From contig CAXRHT010000002.1 of the NCBI GenBank assembly GCA_964230645.1, forward strand, positions 608,001-672,000: a stretch of DNA of 64,000 nt, written 5' to 3'. A program made the translations under genes and the position numbers. A model generated the notes under the pieces. That model saw only the letters and a list, made by a program, of their open reading frames with translations. It made no database searches and was not told the DNA's origin. Positions 36,844 through 45,836 of this stretch are shown here, piece by piece. Within the stretch, counting starts at the first letter, position 1; every line of letters starts with the position of its first letter. Origin of the DNA: Bdellovibrionales bacterium. GTDB lineage: Bacteria > Bdellovibrionota > Bdellovibrionia > Bdellovibrionales > JAGQZY01.

Positions 36844-37401
36844 TTAGTTTTTCTCAGCGGCGTTGTCGCCCTCAGCTGTTCCTTCATCAGAGGTATCTTC
36901 TTCAGCGGCAGCCTCGTTAGAACCTCCAGCAGAAGCTGTGTTTCCAGCTCCACCACAGTCATAACCACCCGCTGTTAAGTTTCCAACGATGTTATCGAAA
37001 ACTTTATCACAGTAGCTCATGTCAAATTTTGCGTAAGCCACAGTTCTTTTCGTTCCGTTTTTAGTGTAAACAACACCGCAAGGCCCTTCTCTTGTGTCGA
37101 TCACAGAAACAAGACGCTCCGTGCTTCCGTTCTTACAAGTGGCTCCACTTCTTTCTGTTCCCTCTACATCGGGAAATTGCCCATCGGCCATATCAGGCTC
37201 CCCACTGCTCATATCAGCGGATGCGCTGTCAGCAGACGTGTCTTCGGCGGGTTCCGGCTCTGGAGTCGGAGTGGTATCCGGAGTTTCAGCCGGTTGCTCA
37301 ACGGCAGCCGCTTCTTCGGTGTTGGACATATCCTCTTCTTTATCTTTAGAAGAACAGGCACTTAAAGCCAGAATACTGACTAAAATAAGAAGTTTTTTCA
37401 C
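36844..37401 (-). CDS. Lipoprotein with acidic disordered linkers and a small 4-Cys domain
   Basis: GTG start at 37401 with GAGG RBS, lipobox LSAC, P/E/D/A-rich tether. Confidence 0.78.
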   Translation of the reverse strand: MKKLLILVSILALSACSSKDKEEDMSNTEEAAAVEQPAETPDTTPTPEPEPAEDTSADSASADMSSGEPDMADGQFPDVEGTERSGATCKNGSTERLVSVIDTREGPCGVVYTKNGTKRTVAYAKFDMSYCDKVFDNIVGNLTAGGYDCGGAGNTASAGGSNEAAAEEDTSDEGTAEGDNAAEKN

Positions 37402-37654
37402 GATGACCTCTCTTGTGTTAGATTCTTTGTTGCTGGCAGAAAAGGCATCATTCATAGCCCACCCCACCTATTTTCTTAAACTTGATATAAAAGTCCCACC
37501 ACAGATCTCAATTATCAAGAACCGATTGGCTTGTGCCAGGCGTTAGCCCCCAAAAACTTCACTAATAAAAGGGATTTATGACACTCATACTAGCCCTTCG
37601 GAGAGGTTTCAAACCTTTGGTCTAGCTAGCAAAGGGAGCCCCTCTATCCCCTAT

Positions 37655-38563
37655 TTATTTGATTTTTGAGATCTTAGCATCGCCTGAGAGGCTGGAGAAT
37701 TTGATTTTATTGGCTTTGCCTTTGCTCACACCAAAATCATTCACAAGCTCTCCGGTCATGGAATTAAAATTAACGTCCACTTGCGATTCACTGGGAATCT
37801 CCAAGGTAAAGTCCCCTGAAACCGATTCAAAATCAATTTCCGGGTTTTGCAGGCTTGCTTTTAGCAAGGTGTCGCCCGAAACAGAAGTGAAGTGACCCTT
37901 TTTAAGAGTTTGAATTTCAAAATCACTATCACCGCTGACTGTTTCAACGGTGATCTCCTCTCCCGCACTCTTTTTGACCTTCAGGTCCCCTGAAACATTG
38001 GCCACATTCATCTTTTTAAAACGAAGATCATTGGCGTAAAGATCAGCACTCACGGAATTAAACTCAAGAGTTTTAAAATTATGATCGGTCGGAAACTCGA
38101 TAATTAAAGTGAGATTACGATCCTCATCTCCAGAAATTTTCTTAGCCAATTCCTTCATGGTGGAAAGACCTTTAAATTCCTTTTTTTCCGGTGATTTAAT
38201 TTCCAAAGTTTTTGATCGAACGGACACTTCAAACCAATCGGAGAGTTTCTCTCCGTCGTTCTTATAATGACTACCCTCTCCAATCAGAGAAACAATAATG
38301 TTTTTACTCTCAGCACTATTCATTTTCACTTTCATTGGAAGATAGGTGGCAAAGCTTAAACTCTCCACCGATCGAGGCTCAAAATTCTCACTGATTTTGA
38401 CCTCTATGATTTCTGTTTCTTTAGTGGCTGACTCTTCTGCATTTTCGGTAGCTTGGGCCTGAGTCGTTCCAATCTGGATGGAGTCCATATTATAGAATTG
38501 ATAAGTGTAGACCATCACCACTGCGACAAGAATTAAGAACCAAGGCTGCCTAAAAACTTTCAT
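37655..38563 (-). CDS. DUF4097 family beta-strand-repeat (adhesin-like) protein
   Basis: N-terminal TM/signal; repeated (S/T/N)VSGD and SMTGE motifs; GAGGA RBS. Confidence 0.78.
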   Translation of the reverse strand: MKVFRQPWFLILVAVVMVYTYQFYNMDSIQIGTTQAQATENAEESATKETEIIEVKISENFEPRSVESLSFATYLPMKVKMNSAESKNIIVSLIGEGSHYKNDGEKLSDWFEVSVRSKTLEIKSPEKKEFKGLSTMKELAKKISGDEDRNLTLIIEFPTDHNFKTLEFNSVSADLYANDLRFKKMNVANVSGDLKVKKSAGEEITVETVSGDSDFEIQTLKKGHFTSVSGDTLLKASLQNPEIDFESVSGDFTLEIPSESQVDVNFNSMTGELVNDFGVSKGKANKIKFSSLSGDAKISKIK

Positions 38564-38667
38564 AAAGTCTCCTCTAAGTAGAAAATCACTTGAAACTCAC
38601 TCAAAACCCCTTCCACCGAGATAATTAAAAAAACGGGGCTGCATTGAGCCAAAAACTCATTGGAGCA

Positions 38668-38705
38668 TTGACATATTACGTAAAGCGTTAGAAAGTCAAC
38701 GCTTT
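38668..38705 (+). promoter_or_regulatory. Probable sigma-70 promoter of tRNA-Met
   Basis: TTGACA at 38668 with a weak -10 (GAAAGT at 17 nt). The dyad AAAGCGTT...AACGCTTT flanks the -10. Confidence 0.45.
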
Positions 38706-38709
38706 CCGT

Positions 38710-38786
38710 GGCGGGGTAGCTCAGCTGGTTAGAGCACCGGAATCATAATCCGGGTGTCGGGGGTTCAAGTCCCTCTCCCGCTACCA
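38710..38786 (+). tRNA. tRNA-Met (CAT), elongator type
   Basis: GGCGGGG/TCCCGCT acceptor stem, D-arm TAGCTCAGCTGGTTAGAGC, anticodon arm CCGGA-ATCATAA-TCCGG, T-loop GTTCAAG, encoded CCA. It lacks the initiator C1 mismatch and the GGG/CCC anticodon-stem triplet. Confidence 0.93.
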
Positions 38787-39060
38787 TTAAAATTTCTCTA
38801 AAAAACCAATTCGACTCAAAAACCGGAATCCCCGTATACCCGGCACCTGGTATACCCGTATCCCATTCCGTAATCGGTATACAGACTCGGTAGATTCGCC
38901 CTTTGACTCCTGCTCAATAGAAAAACTTGCCCGCTCCGAAGTCGTAGCTATTGCCTACGAACACCATGAAAACATTCTCGGACAAGTCTTCCCGAGGCAA
39001 ATGCCGAGCAAAAGAATGAATCCTATGGGGCGGTGTAAAAAAATGGGACTACCTTTGCAT

Positions 39061-39202
39061 TGTCATTCTGAGCCTTTGTCATTTTAAGTCATTGTCATTC
39101 TGAGCGTAGCGAAGAATCTATCTCCACTGAGTCCGCATTATCAAACCGAGTCCTCAGTAAAGGTCCTTCGCTACGCTCAGGACGACAGGTTCACACGACA
39201 GG
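39061..39202. repeat. Inverted pair of TGTC-tagged REP-like elements with partial copies
   Basis: TGTCATTCTGAGCGTAGCGAAGAATCT (39093-39119) faces AGGTCCTTCGCTACGCTCAGGACGACA (39161-39187). A partial TGTCATTCTGAGC is at 39061 and CGACAGGTT is duplicated. Confidence 0.75.
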
Positions 39203-39227
39203 TTTCGATCTTTACAGCTTATAATAG

Positions 39228-39260
39228 AAAAAAAGCCCTAGTGATTCACTAGAGCTTTTC
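39228..39260. terminator. Rho-independent terminator
   Basis: AAAAAAAGCCCTAGTG-att-CACTAGAGCTTTT downstream of the 39297 gene. Confidence 0.75.
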
Positions 39261-39296
39261 TATCTCGCTTTAAATAACTACCAAATATAATTCCGA

Positions 39297-39839
39297 CTAG
39301 TTCTGCGAGTACACAACGCAAGTTTGCTCTTCAACTTCCCCGTTGTCTTTAGTCTTCCAACCTTTATAGGTATAACCACCCTCTTGGGTGGGAGTTTTAC
39401 TTACTTTTAACGTGATGTTTAGAGGTGTTCCACTGGCAAAGCCCGTTTGTGTCATGGCCATTTCCAATGCCCCCTCTTCACTGAGATCTTTCACCTTTAC
39501 TCCATTGAGTCGAGTGGTGGTGGCATCTTTGTAGATCGCCTGCTCGGCCTGTGGGAAATCGTCGAGTGAAACTTCGATGCTAGAAATTTTGCATAACAGA
39601 ACATTATTTTGAACCACCTGACCAATATTCATCAACTGCTTTTCCATCTCTTCTTTAGAGCCATCAATATTTAATTGATTGAGCGCATTTAAGACAGCCG
39701 AGTCATCACAATCTTGAGAGATTTCTTCGTAGGCTTCGGTGGGCTGACAAACCATTCCGTATTTTGAGGAAAAGTTGCTAACGTCTGCAAAAGACAAAGC
39801 CGGTGCCATCACCAGCAATAGAGAGATTATTGTTTTCAT
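39297..39839 (-). CDS. Hypothetical secreted protein
   Basis: Start MKTIIS with AAGGAA RBS, signal peptide ending SFA, 4 Cys. Confidence 0.75.
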   Translation of the reverse strand: MKTIISLLLVMAPALSFADVSNFSSKYGMVCQPTEAYEEISQDCDDSAVLNALNQLNIDGSKEEMEKQLMNIGQVVQNNVLLCKISSIEVSLDDFPQAEQAIYKDATTTRLNGVKVKDLSEEGALEMAMTQTGFASGTPLNITLKVSKTPTQEGGYTYKGWKTKDNGEVEEQTCVVYSQN

Positions 39840-39943
39840 GGAATTCCTTTCTGTTTTCATTGGTTTTACCAAATATTGGTCCAAATCATAGAAGCCCAGA
39901 AATTTTTACACCTCTCTCCTCTTTTCTTGATCAAAAACTGGAC

Positions 39944-39973
39944 AAAAAAAGCCCCGAATTTTCATTCGGGGCT
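39944..39973 (-). terminator. Rho-independent terminator
   Basis: A-run, then GCCCCGAAT-tttc-ATTCGGGGC, downstream of the 40030 gene. Confidence 0.78.
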
Positions 39974-40029
39974 AGGATATGGTGAGAGAGTTATTGCTTG
40001 ATTAGGATTGGCCCAATGCCAATCAATTA

Positions 40030-41040
40030 TTAATGTACTACCACGTTACAGTTAGAAGGCTGTTTTGAAAGCCACGCCAAAAACTTTTCTCTAAAAGCTT
40101 CATGGTTGCTTACTCGAACACTAGCATGACAGCCGGGTGAACCTTCGATACTTTTACCGTCGAGAGTTGTTTTTCCGATGGTAACAACATCAATCGGCAT
40201 ATATTCACAACGATACATTTGTTCTACAAATTTTACCGCTTCCATATCAGCTAAAAGAGAGCTATCAATTCTTTTCCCGTCAAGATGCTTAAAGCAAATG
40301 CGTCCTGTTTGGAATGACTGGCGTTCACTACCGTGTACTCGTAAAACACCATCAGTATTAACAATTTTAAACTCACGCTCAGTCTTCGGAGCCACAGGAC
40401 GTGGAAGGCTCGAACCATCTTGGTTTTGTTGAGGTCTTGAATAGAGATGAGTGTTTTTAGTCTCATGGTAGTAGAAAGCTAATATGTCACTATCCCCACC
40501 ATTGTGGCAGTCGGCATTTTCAAGTAGACCACTTACAATCTCATCAAGTTTCGCTTCAAGAGTTTCGGCCCCTTTGTCACTCATTAGAGGAGAACTCTGA
40601 CCATCGCTGCGTCGAACATAAACGGTTTCTTTTTTATCACCACGAGTCAGTTCAATTTGGTTGTAGCCTCCATCAATACGAATACCATCAAGCTTTGGAA
40701 TGAGTTCATCGTTTTCAACAATTGAGATCACTTTTGCATAATCTTTAGCGTCGACTTTTCCTGTCATCTTACACTCAGGAATATCGAGCTCTGCTTTTAC
40801 TTCCCCACTTTTAATAACACTCATAGTGAGATCAATTTTGTAATTGGGTTGAGGACCATACCATCCACCAACAAAGTATCTAACATTGTCGACGTCTCCA
40901 ATATATAAGTTGGTCTCTTTTTTGTCCTCATCCGTCTCCTCAGACACAGTCAACACATCATCGTCTTCAGTGAATGTAACTTTACAGTTAGTGATTGATA
41001 AACAAAGTAGAATAAAGAATAGAGTCTTTAAGACTTTCAT
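40030..41040 (-). CDS. Hypothetical lipoprotein
   Basis: AAGGAG RBS, lipobox-like ITNC, several Cys pairs. Confidence 0.75.
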   Translation of the reverse strand: MKVLKTLFFILLCLSITNCKVTFTEDDDVLTVSEETDEDKKETNLYIGDVDNVRYFVGGWYGPQPNYKIDLTMSVIKSGEVKAELDIPECKMTGKVDAKDYAKVISIVENDELIPKLDGIRIDGGYNQIELTRGDKKETVYVRRSDGQSSPLMSDKGAETLEAKLDEIVSGLLENADCHNGGDSDILAFYYHETKNTHLYSRPQQNQDGSSLPRPVAPKTEREFKIVNTDGVLRVHGSERQSFQTGRICFKHLDGKRIDSSLLADMEAVKFVEQMYRCEYMPIDVVTIGKTTLDGKSIEGSPGCHASVRVSNHEAFREKFLAWLSKQPSNCNVVVH

Positions 41041-41222
41041 AATTGCTCCTTAGTATTTTTTGGCTTTACCGACGTACAACTTTAAAATAGCCGTTGATTT
41101 GACTCTTACAGATTCTCATCATGAGGGAGCTAAAGAAATCCACTTATTTGCAAAAGGGATTTTCAAGAGTTTTTAAGCAGTTAGAGACTCATCACACAAA
41201 TTCTTCAAGAGACTTCGTCTCA

Positions 41223-42668
41223 TTATGATACAATTTTATAGCACAAATTTTGATCCGAGGTCTTTTCTAAGAGTCCCAATTCTTCCATTCTCTGTAAGGC
41301 TCGATACCATTTATGAGAACTTAAAGGGATTTGGTCCATAACCTCGCGAGGTCGAAAGTTTGGACCAATATTATTATGTTTTAGCAGTTGCAGTAAAAAA
41401 TGCTCTTGTGCTGCAAACTGCATATTTTCATAAACAATCATTGCCGCTTTCGAATCAGGTCTTATTCGATAGCCAGACTGAGTGGAATGAATCTGTACAC
41501 CCAGGTCTTTTCCTTTTAAATGATTTATAGCTTTTTCCACCAGTCGGTAAACACGTTTGGGTGAAGAAACAGGATCGAAGAGCTCATCTGAGAAGAAGTC
41601 GTTAAATATTCGCCCAATGGTCCAAGGCCGATAAGCATCAGAGGCCATCAGCATTATAAGCCGGTGTTGTCCGAGTCCGGCCGGTAAATCCAAAGCTTTG
41701 TAATTAAAGGGGTCCCATTTTTTCTCTGGACTTCTTGCCCCCCCTTGAAACTCAAAACTATTTCCAAAGCTAGTCTCATTGAGATCCCTTAACATCACTT
41801 GGCGAAAAGAAGGAAAGGGAGTTCCGAAGTAAACCCCTTTGAGTAAATGAGATTCACCGAAAATTCGCCCCAGATGCCAATCGAAATCACGTAAACTCTC
41901 CCAATGCTTTTGCTTGCGAATCTCAATACGCAAAGACTCCACCTCTTCACTTTCTGGTTTTATTTTTCCAGCAAGACAAAGTGCGACCAAATACCACTTC
42001 TGGATGAAAAGACGCGTGGTCCCCTCTTGGCCGGAAGCGTACTCTAGAGCCCGTTTGAGAATTTCAAGAGCGAGCCCTGCGTTCCCTTCTTTAATACAAA
42101 GCTGCCCACGAGTCTCAAGACTATTAAGATAAACATGCCAGTATCCTGTTTTGGTTTCCCGCTGCAATCGACTGAGAATATCGTTGGCTTGACCAAATTC
42201 ATTATTCTCAACAAAACAATTGGCGAGATTTAGCTCTCCTAGCCACCGTTTTTTGGCATCGAGCTTCTGGTTATCCAGATATTGGATCAGTTCGTTTTGA
42301 GCACTCTTATAATCCCATCGATTGATATGGCAAAAAGCTGTGTGTAGACTTGCCTGTTCGTGCTCTTTCACTCTTGAAAGTAAGGTGAGAGCTTGATTAA
42401 TCAAACCCAATTTTCTTAAACCACTGGCATACTCAATAATTTCAAGAGGACTGGCATGACCTGTTCCATAGATTTGATTCTGCAATATCTTTAAAGAATC
42501 TTTGAGAAGCCCCACTCTTCTTGCCACCGAGGCGACACCTGCTAGGTCACGCTCGGGAATTTTGGCGAAATTAATTTCTTTAAGGATACGCTTCACCCTT
42601 ACTAACTCGTAGCGAGTCACAAGGGACTCAAGCTCCTGTCTCAAATTGATATAGTCGGGATTAGCCAT
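41223..42668 (-). CDS. TPR-repeat protein with putative C-terminal winged-helix domains (possible transcription regulator)
   Basis: Helical TPR-like repeats in the N-terminal half. An OmpR-like tail (RLIMLM...RVYRLV...IHSTQSGYRI) is followed by a second HTH-like end (FRPREV...WYRALQRMEELGLLEK). Confidence 0.55.
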   Translation of the reverse strand: MANPDYINLRQELESLVTRYELVRVKRILKEINFAKIPERDLAGVASVARRVGLLKDSLKILQNQIYGTGHASPLEIIEYASGLRKLGLINQALTLLSRVKEHEQASLHTAFCHINRWDYKSAQNELIQYLDNQKLDAKKRWLGELNLANCFVENNEFGQANDILSRLQRETKTGYWHVYLNSLETRGQLCIKEGNAGLALEILKRALEYASGQEGTTRLFIQKWYLVALCLAGKIKPESEEVESLRIEIRKQKHWESLRDFDWHLGRIFGESHLLKGVYFGTPFPSFRQVMLRDLNETSFGNSFEFQGGARSPEKKWDPFNYKALDLPAGLGQHRLIMLMASDAYRPWTIGRIFNDFFSDELFDPVSSPKRVYRLVEKAINHLKGKDLGVQIHSTQSGYRIRPDSKAAMIVYENMQFAAQEHFLLQLLKHNNIGPNFRPREVMDQIPLSSHKWYRALQRMEELGLLEKTSDQNLCYKIVS

Positions 42669-42703
42669 TGCATTCTTATCGGCTATTGTGTGAAAATATC
42701 CAC

Positions 42704-43225
42704 ATGGGGGAAAAAAAGCTTACCGTCCTTATTTTTATCTTATTTGCGAGCAGTTTACTGTTGTTTCAAAACTGTGGTATCAATAATTTCACTGCCGGTG
42801 GAAATGGTGATCCGCACGAAGGTCTAGATACGGTCGACACCATTATCGATAACCCTACGGGCAGCCCCATCGGGCAAAACCCGGATGCGGGAAATCCCCC
42901 AGGTAACGAAACTTCAAAGCCTGGAAAAGAGATCGAGTACGTCTGTGAACTTGAGGGTAACGAATTTCAAACACTTTCCTTTGGAACCCAATCGGGTCAT
43001 CCTAGAATTTTTGTTTCCGACACCGGAGAGAGCGAAAAACAATTTTTTTGGGACCACAAGAGCTTAAACGCCCGACACGAAATATACCAACCCATCTCTG
43101 ATAAAACGATTTTAGAAATCGTCTTCTTTGATCAGCAAAACTTAAGGTTGGAAGTGGACTATTTTAGGCAAAATGAATCTCTAACAGCCACGGGCACTTG
43201 CAAAGAAGCCAAGCCCTCTCGCTAA
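42704..43225 (+). CDS. Hypothetical lipoprotein (FQNC lipobox)
   Basis: Likely start MGEKK at 42704; LLLFQNCG signal typical of Bdellovibrio-like lipoproteins. Confidence 0.75.
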   Translation: MGEKKLTVLIFILFASSLLLFQNCGINNFTAGGNGDPHEGLDTVDTIIDNPTGSPIGQNPDAGNPPGNETSKPGKEIEYVCELEGNEFQTLSFGTQSGHPRIFVSDTGESEKQFFWDHKSLNARHEIYQPISDKTILEIVFFDQQNLRLEVDYFRQNESLTATGTCKEAKPSR

Positions 43226-44220
43226 TTAGAAAAAAAGCTTTCAAATAACCAGTTGGCTAAAAAATCGGGATTGGCGTTCACTATGTCGTGAGGACCGCCG
43301 GTGAGTTCGGTGTAAGACCCTTGAAACTCCTGAGGAACGGCATTAAAACTCTCATCATAAAACCGATTATTGATAAACTGATCTCGCTCTCCTGTAAGTA
43401 AGTGGGTCGGCACATCCACTTCAGTGAGAATCTTTCGCAGATCATAGGGCCGAATTCCCTCAGTCAGAGCGTGAAGGGCATTAAAATAAACCTCTTCCTC
43501 ATCCTTCAGGTAGTCAGGTAAAAACTTTTCAAAATTTGAAGAGAGAACGGAATTTCTCTGGGAATCCATCCAGCTTTTGACAAATGGGTTCCAGCGAGAC
43601 AGGCCACTGAGTCCTCCGGCTCTCAGATCCCCCAAGTCCACCACGAAAGGATTCACCATAATCAGGTTTTGCACAAGGTCCGGACGAAGGCGAGCCACGA
43701 TAGCAGCAATCCCTCCGCCGTAAGAGAGGCCCACAAGATTCACAGGCTTTGTAGAAATCGCTTCGATAAAACTGATCACAGCTTCTACTTGCAAAGAGGC
43801 TGGTATTTCGTTACCTCGCCCAAACTCACCTTTTTCTTCCCATTGCTTTTTTAGAGAGTTTCCTGTCCCAAGCATATCCAGACGAACAAGGGGTATGCCT
43901 TTGCTGCGTGCTTCCCCGGCAAAGGCTTGCGAGTGCGGAAAGCTTAATGAAAGTCCATCAAGAAACACCGCCTTATTTTTTAAATTTTTACGGGGTTTCC
44001 AGTCATAGCCAAGGGTGAATTCTCCGTCCATCACTTCCACGAAATGCTTAGCCACAGCTTGATCCCAGAAAACATTGCGACACTGATTAGCGGCGAAACT
44101 TTTGACAGACCATCCAAATATTACAAGGTGAATGAGGCAAAACAAAAGCTTTCGAAAACTCCTAACGTACTGATATCGGGAACTCTCAGAGGAATTCAGA
44201 GGGTGACTAAAAAAGAACAT
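43222..44220 (-). CDS. Secreted alpha/beta hydrolase
   Basis: DMLGTGNS, nucleophile elbow GLSYGG, GERD, GPHD; signal peptide ending SFA. The true start is probably downstream of 44220. Confidence 0.82.
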   Translation of the reverse strand: MFFFSHPLNSSESSRYQYVRSFRKLLFCLIHLVIFGWSVKSFAANQCRNVFWDQAVAKHFVEVMDGEFTLGYDWKPRKNLKNKAVFLDGLSLSFPHSQAFAGEARSKGIPLVRLDMLGTGNSLKKQWEEKGEFGRGNEIPASLQVEAVISFIEAISTKPVNLVGLSYGGGIAAIVARLRPDLVQNLIMVNPFVVDLGDLRAGGLSGLSRWNPFVKSWMDSQRNSVLSSNFEKFLPDYLKDEEEVYFNALHALTEGIRPYDLRKILTEVDVPTHLLTGERDQFINNRFYDESFNAVPQEFQGSYTELTGGPHDIVNANPDFLANWLFESFFSN

Positions 44221-44378
44221 AGCCTCATTGTTTTCAATATCTATACCACCCGGAGTCCCCGTCTAAAAATTGGTCAGAGAAAATCGAGGAATTGCGAAAT
44301 CTTTTTAAAAATAAAATTGTTCTTACCTTTTGAAATCTTTTTTTTCTATTTTGTTAGCAAATAAAAAAGTGGGTCCCA

Positions 44379-45833
44379 ATGAAATTTGTTTTTCTTTTTT
44401 CGATCTTTTTACACTCCTATACAAGCTTTGCTCAAGAAGTCGCATTTCCAAGTCTGCCTTCCTCTCAAGTCCATGAACGCTACGGTGATATGCCAGGGAT
44501 GCTACAGTTTCGCGGCAATCCCAGTCATACTTTCTACGGCATGGGACCCGTGCCGAATAATCCTCGTATCCAGTGGCGCTACCCCGAATCCCCCATGAAG
44601 GGATACTCGAGTGTGGGTGGTAATCAAAGACTTTGGGTCGGCACCGGCTGGACTGGGCAACCCCTTGCATGGCCCGGCACGGATGGTCAGGGCTGGGAAG
44701 TGGTTTTCGGAGCTTACGATCATGACCTGCATTTTGTGGATTGGGCCACTGGTACTGAGCGCTCCAAGCCTTTTCCCACCAATGACATTATTAAGGGCAC
44801 ACCGACAATTGATCCCGATGGTTTTCCCTTGGTGTATCTTGGCTCAAGAGACAACTATTTTCGCATCATCGCTATGGACCAAGAGCCACGGGCCGAGCTT
44901 TGGAGTTTGAATGGACAAACAAGGCCCGGAAGGCGTTGGAACAATGACTGGGACGGTAACCCAACCATCATCGATGATTACCTCTTAGTGGGCGGAGAGA
45001 ATTCCCTATTTTATATTATCAAACTTAACCGTGGCTACGATGAAAATGGCAAAGTCAAAGTCGACCCCGAAATCTTAGTGGAAATGCCAGGCTACAATCA
45101 GGAACTCTTTAATCTCATTGGAGATGGGAACGTGAGCATTGAAAGCTCTGTGGCCGTTAGCGAGCACTACGCCTATTTTGCCAACTCCGGCGGACGAGTG
45201 GTGGGAATTGATTTAAGTCGACTTCCTACTATGAAAGATCCAGAAGATCTCATCTTTTTTGATTTTTGGGTGGGTGATGACACCGATGCCTCAATTGTGA
45301 TTGATGAAGAGGGTTTTCTTTATGTGGCAGTGGAAAAAGAGAGAAACCGCCGTAGTACGCGAGAGCGCCAAGAAGAGTTAGGACAACTCGTGAAACTCGA
45401 TCCTATGGCGCAATTGCAAGGTAGAGATCCGGTCATGTGGGAAAACCCACCGATTAATCTACCCAGTCGATCAGGAGGGGGAAGTTACGACGCGGGCATC
45501 TGGGCCACTCCGGCTCTATACAAAGGATACCTCTTTGTCCCCACTCACAATGGCCCTTTTTACATTATCAACAAAGATTCTGGTGAAGTGGTCTGGGAAA
45601 CCAATCTCGGCTGGCACTCTTGGTCTTCGCCTCTTGTTGTTGACGACCAACTGATTGTCGCCAACTGCACAGGAGATATCCTTCGTTACGATGTTTCAAA
45701 CCCTGAGAGTCCAGAGTTAATATGGACTTTCACTATTCCTTCAGAATCTTGCATCGAATCCACTCCCCTTTTATGGGAAGGACGTATTATTGTGGGAAGC
45801 CGCGATGGCTATGTTTATTCAATTGGGGATTAA
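44379..45833 (+). CDS. Secreted PQQ-binding-like beta-propeller protein (BamB-like repeats)
   Basis: Signal peptide; FRGN, WTGQP, IWATPAL, WSSPLVV and IESTPLLWEGRIIVGSRDG repeats. Confidence 0.8.
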   Translation: MKFVFLFSIFLHSYTSFAQEVAFPSLPSSQVHERYGDMPGMLQFRGNPSHTFYGMGPVPNNPRIQWRYPESPMKGYSSVGGNQRLWVGTGWTGQPLAWPGTDGQGWEVVFGAYDHDLHFVDWATGTERSKPFPTNDIIKGTPTIDPDGFPLVYLGSRDNYFRIIAMDQEPRAELWSLNGQTRPGRRWNNDWDGNPTIIDDYLLVGGENSLFYIIKLNRGYDENGKVKVDPEILVEMPGYNQELFNLIGDGNVSIESSVAVSEHYAYFANSGGRVVGIDLSRLPTMKDPEDLIFFDFWVGDDTDASIVIDEEGFLYVAVEKERNRRSTRERQEELGQLVKLDPMAQLQGRDPVMWENPPINLPSRSGGGSYDAGIWATPALYKGYLFVPTHNGPFYIINKDSGEVVWETNLGWHSWSSPLVVDDQLIVANCTGDILRYDVSNPESPELIWTFTIPSESCIESTPLLWEGRIIVGSRDGYVYSIGD

Positions 45834-45836
45834 CAG

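Noticed and set aside
38710..38786. tRNA-fMet or tRNA-Ile2 identity
   Set aside because: It lacks initiator hallmarks and the sequence pattern fits elongator Met better; Ile2 is not formally excluded without tRNAscan-SE.
38820..39202. CRISPR array
   Set aside because: Repeats are short, inverted or irregular, with no constant spacer length and no cas genes.
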